DNA of 64,000 nucleotides, taken from positions 558,001 to 622,000 of the forward strand of contig MU057809.1 in assembly GCA_013265495.1 (NCBI GenBank), read 5' to 3'. Positions 55,641 through 64,000 of the stretch are shown here, one piece after another (the first letter of the stretch is position 1; the number at the start of each line of letters is the position of its first letter). The notes beneath the pieces are model-generated. The model did not search any database. It saw nothing but the letters and a program-made list of their open reading frames with translations, and was not told the origin of the DNA. The DNA is from Vicugna vicugna (lineage: Eukaryota). Position numbers and translations under genes: made by a program.

Positions 55641-57138
55641 AGTTCGTCTCATGGCCTAACCCTGACCGCACGGAATGTCTCTTCCTCCGCCCTCTGTTGG
55701 CCTAGGCTGTCACCAAGGCCTGGCCAGGTTACACACTCTGCTTGTTGGTGGAAGGCCTTGTCCCCGCCGTCTCTGGAAACACAGCGCACCACCGTCGTGA
55801 AACCAGGCTTTGGCAATTGGCCTGCTGCCAATCACAGCGTCCGGGAACCAGCTCTACCTGCCAGTTGGCGGACACGTGGGTTGTCTCGGTTTGGGGAGAT
55901 TACAAATAAGGCCAGAATGAATACCTCTGCACAGGCCTTTCACTTGAACCCAGTTTCACTGCATGCAGACACCCCAGTGCTGTCTTGGTGCTGGGTCCTC
56001 CTTAGCTTGGAGGTGACAGAGCTAACCTGCGGGTCCTTCAGAGGAGTCTAATGGGCACAGCTAAGGACCTCACCTGGCATCTGGGGCAGAGAAAGACTCA
56101 AAACATGCAGTGACTGATATCCCTGCTGCTGCAGGGGCGGGGGCAGACATGGCCGCCACACTGCGGCTTGAACTTCCCCGGGCCGTGTCTGAGCCACAGC
56201 ACCATTTGCGTTTCTGATGGGATAATTCTTTGCTGCGGGGCCGTCCTGGGTGCCGGGGGGCATTTAGCGGCATCCTTGGCCTTCATCCTCCAGATGCCAC
56301 TAGCAAGGCTGAGGGGAGGGACCATTCAAAGTTTATTCTTCAACAGACAGACAGCATCAGCGGGTTGAACCGCAGGGGTTTCTCGCAGATCACACACACA
56401 CTCACGAGGCGTCATCAGCTTAACAAGGGAGAGAGCCTCTGTAACAAAACCCACATCGCAGCGTAAACAGGTACCAGTACTGTGTTCACTACAATTCCAG
56501 AGGGAAAGACACAACTTGGGAAAAAAATTTTCTTCTTTTTGTTTGGATCCGAAAGTCAAGTGTAATTACCAAGAGACAGACTGCTGACAACGGTCCTAAT
56601 CCCGCCCAAGCCGTGACAACCAAGAGCGCAAAAGTGTCTCCAGTCTTCTTGCCGAGTGTCCCCGGGGTGAGAACCACTGCTGGCAGGGTCTCCAAGTCCC
56701 GCAGGCACAAATGGCGGGTTTATTTGCAGAATGAAGGCCTGTTTCCCGGGGTGGAGGGGGGTACGCAGCATGTGGCTGTCCTGCCCCAGGGGCACGTGGC
56801 AAGGTGTCCAGGGTGCAAAGGACATCTCAGAGCTGTGGTCACCGCTGGCCCTCTCCTTTGTCATTCACAGGTTTGGGTCACAGGCCGTCAGACACAGGGA
56901 TGAGAGAGTTCAGTGAGACACCGGTGGCCATGAGCAAGCGGGTTTGCCACTACCTGGGTCTCAAGTGCCCCCCGCCCCAGAACACGGGGCCCAGCTCTCC
57001 TGTTGTGTCTGTGTAACCCGCGGGTGCAGTGCCGGGTTGGGGCAGTGGCTGCAGGCCTGGGCGCGGCGAGGACAGCCCATGTGCCCTCCCCAACTGGTCC
57101 GCTGGCAGCTGATGGGTTGCAAGTATCAGCAGGGACCT

Positions 57139-57154
57139 CCCCCAGGGGGCGCTG
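57139..57154 (+). promoter_or_regulatory. CTCF motif
   Basis: CCCCCAGGGGGCGCTG, 14/16 to consensus. Confidence 0.5.
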
Positions 57155-58734
57155 TGCAGAGGGCACGGCTGTTGCCCAGTGAACACGGAGAGGCAGTCGG
57201 GCTGGGGACTGGGGGTGAAGGAACCTTGACAGAATTGTTTTCAAGTTGTGAATGGAAACTGGCCTTGTTACTTAATAACACATGCATGTATAAGCGTTGT
57301 CATCATCGTCACGGGAGTCCCTCACTTGGGGACGCTGCATGTTACAGTGAGCTCCCTCAGCTGGGTCCTGAGTCAACCCTACGCCCAGTTTAGGGACATG
57401 GAGCCAGACTCAGGGATGGCCGCAAAGCCAATGGATGGCAGGGGAGCATCTGGAAGCTGAACTCCTGCTTCCTCCCTCTCCAGGGCCTCTCTGCCCCCCA
57501 TCCCCCGCCCCCCAGCCATATGTGAGACGCAAGGAGCCCTGTCCCTGCGCTGGAGGAGGAAAGGACTGGTTCAAGACTGAGAGTTTCCAGACTTGCTTTT
57601 CTCCCAGCTGAGCTGACCGCCTCCTTCACCCCGGAAACCCCTTGGGGACAGAGGCTCCCAGCCACTCCCCATAGCCCCCTGCACTACCTTCACTGCTTCC
57701 TGGTGGAGGACCAGCCTGTAGGGGTGGGGGCAGTGGCTGGGGGCCTCTGTCTGCTTGTCTCCCTCCAACTTCTGGGGTGGACCATGCACACTCCCAGGAG
57801 GGCCCTTGGCCCAGAGAAGCTTTCCTGAGGGACTGCTCCAGCCCAGCCGGGCCCTGAGAGCAGGTGCGCCAGCGACACTCTCAGGGGCCGAGGCTTGGGC
57901 CTGGCCCTGCACAGCCAGGCGCGCACCACCTTGGACAAGTGTCCCTCCTCCCCGACCCTCCACGTCCCTCATCTCAAAGGACAGCCATGGCCGGCGTGGA
58001 CGCGGGAAGGGCAGCGCTCAACGCTGCCAGCTGTGCTAAGATGCATGAGCCATTTGCTCTCAGGTCAGCAAACACCCCCCCTGCAAAGGCTGCCCCTTTA
58101 CAGGGCGTGGGTGCCAGTCCCAGCCCTTCAGCTCCCAGAGAGCCCCACTTGGCTGCCATGGTGGGGGGCGCACAGCAGGATGTCCTCATGGTCCAGCTCA
58201 TCCCAGGTCCCACCCCCACTTCTGGGGTCAGGGGCCCTGGGGGCAGTTGTGAGGATGCGTAGGGGTAGTGACGGCTGGGGGCCCCTTCAGGGAGAACACT
58301 GCCCCTTCCCTGCAGAGTGACTACTCTCAGGGGCATCAGTGTCCCTCCCTTTCCCTGGACCTTGGCCAGAGCCACCTGAGTCTGCCCTCTGGCATTCCTT
58401 TCCTCCGACTGGCAGGAAGGAGGGAGGGGCAGGGTGGACCCTCCAAGGGGGAGGGGGGACCCAGGCTCCTCCCCAAGAACCAGCCTTGCCCAGCTGGGCG
58501 ATAGGGCAGGTCCTGTTCACCCTAGGCTGGCAGCCCCGATGGTCACAAGCCTCTTCCCAGGGCAAAGAGGAGCAGTTTATCTGGGGAACCAGCGCTGCCT
58601 CTGTCATAAAGCCTTCAAAAAAGGACCATTTATCAAGGCCAACCAGGAACCCGGCGCTGTGAGAAGGTCTTCGTGGCCATTTAGACAGTGAACCGTCATG
58701 AGAGTCCTGTGAGGTCAGCAGAGGCTCCTTCACT

Positions 58735-60250
58735 TTATTTCATTTTTAATTTGATTTTATAGTCTTGAACAGCTAATACATTACAAGGGCTGACGGGTGA
58801 AACGGCATAAAGAGTCTGACGGGGAAATCTCCTCTCTGGTCCCGCCCCACCCACCCCTGACCACCAAAGGCACCCCTTTCTTTAGCTTCCTGTATCCTCT
58901 CCACCTTCCTCCTGCTGGTACAAACACAAACACAGCCGCCTGCCCTCTGCGGACACCAACATCTGAGGCTGCTCGAGTCCCTTACATAAAACAGCAGTGT
59001 TTGCATGTCACCTGCACAACGTACTTTAAATCATCGCTAGACTATTTATAACACATACTAACCTGTAATTGCCATGCAAATCATTGCTGATACGTTGCAA
59101 ACTCAAGTTTTGCTTTTTTGGAATTTTCCGGAATTTTTTCCCCCAACTGTTTTCAACCTGAGGTTGGTTAAATCTGAGGACATGGAACCTAAAGATGCAC
59201 ATGGCTGCCTCTGTAACATATTTATCTCCCTTACTCCCTAACCCTGAGGTCGCACATCATACCCCAGGCTTGTACCTTGATTTTTCGTTTACAACAGACT
59301 CCGAAGTCTTCCAGATCAGGACACGGGGAACTTCCACACTCCCTTTTCATGGCTGTGTGGTACTCCGTCAAACAGGCGATCCACAGTTTATTTAGTTGTT
59401 CCCTTAATTATGACATCTTGGTGGTTCCCTTTCTTCTGTTGTTATAGCCGATGACACAAGAATGAGCTTGGCACCCCCAATTTCACACGTGACCAGGCGC
59501 GTCCATGGCACACATTTCTAGAAGTGGGACGGCTGGGTCTGAGGACAAGCAAAATCCAAGTTAAGTAAAGAAGGAGCCTCCAGGTGCTCCTCCTGCACCC
59601 CCACCAGCCGTGCGCTCCACAGCCTGTCCCCCAAGTCTGGCCATCAGACTGAGTGGTGGTTTTGGATTTTGGCATGTGAAGTGGTGTTGCAGCGCCATCT
59701 TAACGTGTGTTTTCTCCTATGATGGACGTGTTTTCCTGCGTTTGTCATTGAGTGTCTTTTTCTGCACTCTCTGCTACTTTCTAATTGGCTTTTCCTTTTC
59801 CATTTCTAGGAGCCCTCTGTATGTTAGAAAAATAGTCCTAGTGTGTACTTCGTGTTCTCTGCTTACAGTGATTTTTGCCTTAAATTGCTTTTATGTGTCT
59901 GGATTTTTAATCATGCCTAGAAAAACCTTTTCCCACTCCAAAGTTTTAAAGGACGTTACGCAAGTATTCTTCAACATTTAAATGTTTTTTAATCTTATCT
60001 TTTTTATTGTGGGAATCTATACATAACATGAAATTCACCATTTTAACCATTTTCAGTGTTTCAGTTCAGGGGCATTAAGTACATTCACGTTGTTGTGAGC
60101 CAAGGCCATCCCTTTCCAGATCTTCATCATCATTTCATGGTTTCTTTTTAAAAATGTTGAATCTTTGATCCATTTGAAGTGTACAGTACTGGGGTGCCGT
60201 CCAGATAAACTGTGGGCCCAACGTGGTCTTTTTTCTAAATGGTTCTCATG
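58735..60250 (-). mobile_element. Old L1M fragments with embedded Tigger4-like piece (about 59085-59195)
   Basis: AT-rich L1-like text (cttggtggttccc, tttctagaagtggga, ttcaccattttaacc); caagttttgcttttttggaattttcc ... ggttggttaaatctg. Confidence 0.6.
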
Positions 60251-60284
60251 TTGTCTCAGTATCACTGATTAAAAAGCCCACTTT

Positions 60285-60380
60285 GAGGGAAGAGGATGCG
60301 GCCAGCGGCGCGCACGCAGCCCTCGGTTCAACCCCCAGCGCCTCTGTCCAAATAGGTAAATAGATAGATAGATATGACAA
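60285..60380 (+). mobile_element. Degenerate tRNA-derived SINE (Vic-1-like) with (TAGA)n tail
   Basis: cctcggttcaacccccagcgcctc ... aaatagatagatagat. Confidence 0.6.
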
Positions 60381-60454
60381 ACAAACCAACCAACCTAATT
60401 ACTTCCCCCCATGGAAGCCCATCTTCATCCTATTTTGTCAAGCTCATTTAAAAA

Positions 60455-60585
60455 CTTTTATTTTTTATTTGGGGGGAGGTAATTAGATTCATTATTGTCA
60501 TTTTAATGGAGGTCCTGGGGCTTGAACCCAGGACCTTGTGCGTGCCAGTCATGCACTCTAACCCTGCGCTGTACTCTCCCCTTCA
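60455..60585 (-). mobile_element. tRNA-derived SINE (Vic-1-like)
   Basis: atggaggtcctggggcttgaacccaggaccttgtgcgtg ... tactctcccc. Confidence 0.75.
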
Positions 60586-61779
60586 AGCCCATTTTAAAGC
60601 TGAGGAAACTAAGGCTCAGAGAGGTGAAATGACATGAACCCTCGCAAGGTCCTGCTTTCATGGAGTTAATGAGAGCATTTAGACAACGCTCTTAAAGGTT
60701 ACTGGAGGTTAATCTGAAGAGCCTGCAGTCAAGCTGGGGACACGAGGACACTGAGGAGAAAGGAAGCTGTCCTGACCACTGTGCTGTCCTGCCGAGAGGG
60801 CCGCAGACTGGCAGCGGGACCTCTGCATCTGAGGACAGAGGGCGTTGGCTTAGAGAAAGGGGAAGCACCTTTCAAACCCCGGCCAGGAGTCCACTCTGAA
60901 AACATCCTGGAGAGAAGGGCCGCCGCCGCCGCTGCTCATTGTTTACTGGCAGCTGTTCCCGCTGCAGTGTCAGCAGGCAGCCCCGTCCCTGGTTGTCCCA
61001 CAGGGCGAGGGCTCTCAAGAAGAGCAGGGTCGCTCAGGAGGAAGCCCACATCCATTGGAGCCAGAAGCTACGGGGAGCCACGTTGGGGTGCCAGCTACAA
61101 ACAGAAGCCCGGCAAACTCCTCCGTACCTCCTCTCATTTGGTTCCCAGGATACACCCCCCAGGGCGCCCGAGACCTGTGAACACCCCTGGGCAGGTGCAG
61201 CTGTGCCCATGGGAGGCCTGCGTCTCTCCCAGACCCTCCACGAATTTCCCCTGCTGTATATTCAGACGTGCAGCCTCCTTGAGGCAGAGCATCATGTCTG
61301 AGAGGCATCCAGGCACCATCAAGGGGCTTGGCCTCCCATCCAAGTGCCGGGGAGCGCGGAGTGGGCCGGGCCGTGTGCCTGGACAGGTCACCTCTCCAGC
61401 TCTGTTCTCCATCTGTGCCCGGAGGAGGCTCTGCTCTCCTGGGCCAGCCCTGACCAGCGTCCTGGGCCTGCCTCTGCTTGATCTGTTTCCCAAAGGCAGC
61501 CATCCGCTGGGCCTTAGGTCCATTCCCCAGCAGGGCTGGGATTGGGGGCGGGTCTTGGAGCCCCTCAACACTCATGCTGTGGGTTGAAGCCATTTGTCAC
61601 TGTTTTAGATTGTTGCCTTTCTAATAGAAGAGAAATGGTTCTCTTTACCCATTTCTTGGCCAAAAAGACCCGGGAAATCAAGAGACAGATAGGGGTGTCT
61701 GTCAGGAGGGGACGCCAGGCGCCCTTTCCTCATTTGTGGGGCGAGCCTACCCAGCAGACAGGGAAGTGTATGTGCCCCT

Positions 61780-63060
61780 GGACACATCGCCTCTCGTGAT
61801 ACAACCACGCGGCCCTCCCCAGACGGGGGCTCTGGCTGGGACGGCGGGGTCTCCGAGGGCTCTGGTGAGTCTGAGAATACGAATACGGGGTCCAGGCAGG
61901 AGCCCGGAGAGGGCCGGCTCGAGGGGGAAGTGGGGGTGCTCCGGCTCGGTTCGACGTATGGGGACGACTGCCGCCACGTGCGGGGAGCAGCGCACGCGGG
62001 GCCCAACACCACGCGGCGCCCATCACACTTGAGGTCCAGGGTGCAGCCTGCTAGCCCGGCACAGGTGGGCCTGGGGGCGGAGCCTCGGGGCGGGGGCNNN
62101 NNNNNNNNNNNNNNNNNNNNNNNNNNNNNNNNNNNNNNNNNNNNNNNNNNNNNNNNNNNNNNNNNNNNNNNNNNNNNNNNNNNNNNNNNNNNNNNNNNNN
62201 NNNNNNNNNNNNNNNNNNNNNNNNNNNNNNNNNNNNNNNNNNNNNNNNNNNNNNNNNNNNNNNNNNNNNNNNNNNNNNNNNNNNNNNNNNNNNNNNNNNN
62301 NNNNNNNNNNNNNNNNNNNNNNNNNNNNNNNNNNNNNNNNNNNNNNNNNNNNNNNNNNNNNNNNNNNNNNNNNNNNNNNNNNNNNNNNNNNNNNNNNNNN
62401 NNNNNNNNNNNNNNNNNNNNGGGCCGGGGGGCCGGGGGCCCGGGCAGGGGCCGCCCGCCGCTGAGTCACGCCTCGGACCCGCGGCGAAGTTGGGCCGGCC
62501 CGCGGGACTCCGGCCCGGCCCGCGCACCTGCCGTCAGGTGTCCCTCCCCGAGCGCGCCGCGCGGGCTGAGGGCCATCTTTCTGGAGCGGGGGAGCGCAGC
62601 CGCGACCCCCGCCCGGCGTCGGGAGGGCCGAGGGTCGGGTCGGGTGGGGAGCGCGGGCGTTCGGGCGGGCCCGGCGCCCCTGCCCGGCCCGCCCCACCTG
62701 TCCTGCCTTTAGGCTCCGGAGATGCGCTCCGGGGGGAAGCCGGGGCGAAGCGGAGGGCCACGTGCAGGGGAGCGCGTGGTGGCGCAGGCCCACTCGGCCT
62801 CGCTCACCTGGGCGCTGCCCGGCTGGGCCGCGCGGTCCCACCCCGGCAGCCCTCAGGCCGGGCCCCGCGCCGCCCGCGCCCGGGTCCCAGGCGCTCCGAG
62901 GGTGCGGGGGGCGAGGAGGAGGGGCCGCGCCGGCCCGCTCACTTTCTGAGCAGCTGACTTGCCAGGGTTCCCCGGAGGGAGGCCTCGGTGTGGAAGCTTG
63001 GGGTGGGGAGGGGACGGCGACCGCGTCACTTCCCGAACCCAGGGCCCGCGTCTCATCTTT
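61780..63060 (+). promoter_or_regulatory. MAFK: CpG island, probable MAFK promoter / non-coding first exon (core hidden in N-gap 62098-62420)
   Basis: Dense CpG, GC boxes GGGGCGGAGC and GGGGCGGGGGC immediately before the gap; identity inferred only from MICALL2-INTS1-MAFK synteny; no MAFK coding sequence in window. Confidence 0.65.
62098..62420. other. Assembly gap (323 N)
   Basis: Run of N. Confidence 1.
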
Positions 63061-64000
63061 CTGGTGTGTGAGTGTGGGGGTCTCCGTCCTTTCCAGCCCC
63101 ACTTGCGGGTTCTGCTGGGCTTCTGCCGAGTTGAGGAAACAGACGGTTTGTCAGTCTGCCTGCTTCCACACACCTTCTCGGGAACCCGGGAGGGCATGGG
63201 ACGTGTTGGGCTCTGGCCAGGGTCTGCCTTAGAAAAGCAGATCGCCTTGCCCTCCGCCTCCGTGTCCGTGTCCGTCTCCGTAGTAGTGTTCTCACTCAGC
63301 ACGTGTGGTGGAGGCCTTCGCAGAGCAGCACTTGCCCCGTTCTGCCTGCGGGCCTGGAGCAGCTCGGTGTTGGGTAGCTGGAAGTTCCCTGCTCTGTCTG
63401 GTGTTAATGATTACGCTCTGTTTACCTCCCACACAGCCCTTGTAGCCAAGGCAGAAACAGGATCTTCCATCACCAATTCATTCAGCACTTGATCAGCACT
63501 CAGCCCCTCTTGCCACGCCCCTGGCCGGGGGGGGGGGAGCTCAGCCCTTGGGTGCCCACAGCAGCATGTCGTGGCCTATCAGTGGGCGCCCTCAGCCTGG
63601 CTCGGCGGCCTGTCTGCCCCCCCCACCACCTTGGTCGGCAACGATGAGATCTGGCTGTCATAGCAGTTGCTGCACAGGTATCTTGGTGAAGGACAGCTGT
63701 GTTCTGGCTCTGGAGCCCAGTCTCCAAGTCTCGTGTTTTCGGGGGGATGGCGCTTTTTAAAAAGCATTGGTCTAAGCAGGTGGGAGGGTCTGGGCCGCAG
63801 AAAGTGGGCTGTGCAGTGGGTGGGGCGCACCTGCCACCTGTTGCACTGTGGATAGTTGACACCGTTCTGAGAACTTCCCTCCCTGGGGGCAGCAGGGATG
63901 TTTTAGTTAAGCTCTGTAGAGGGTGTCTGCTTTTATAACTTAAAGCTGGACCTCTGGTTACTCCAAAATAAATCATTTATTAACTCAGAAACACAAAGCG

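Noticed and set aside
60285-60380. Possible tRNA gene (B-box GGTTCAA; similar at 53990, 54895, 60520)
   Set aside because: No cloverleaf; A-rich or simple-repeat tails mark them as tRNA-derived SINEs

Overview
A GC-rich mammalian genomic window. The tRNA-derived SINEs resemble camelid Vic-1, and I saw no Alu, BovB/Bov-tA, PRE-1 or SINEC elements, so the source is probably alpaca or camel. It is syntenic with human 7p22.3. Left to right it holds: the first coding exon, CpG island and part of intron 1 of MICALL2 (minus strand); a 9-kb intergenic spacer; the whole INTS1 gene (minus strand); a repeat-rich 18-kb spacer; and a gapped CpG island where the MAFK promoter is expected. INTS1 has a non-coding exon 1 plus 47 coding exons traced splice site by splice site. 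Phases are consistent throughout and the CDS is 6561 nt (2186 aa) if exon 11, mostly hidden in an N-gap, has the human length of 177 nt. Nearly all entries in the ORF track are artefacts of high GC. I found no new protein-coding system. The best leads are regulatory. (1) An AT-rich, non-repetitive, motif-dense island at about 9.73-10.2 kb looks like a conserved developmental enhancer and is followed by same-orientation CTCF motifs. (2) INTS1 has two GC-AG introns, an overlapping uORF, a candidate 9-nt microexon and a candidate poison exon. (3) There are textbook CNC-small-Maf sites next to MAFK. Repeat family names, motif calls and comparisons with human sequences come from memory of consensus sequences, not from searches.
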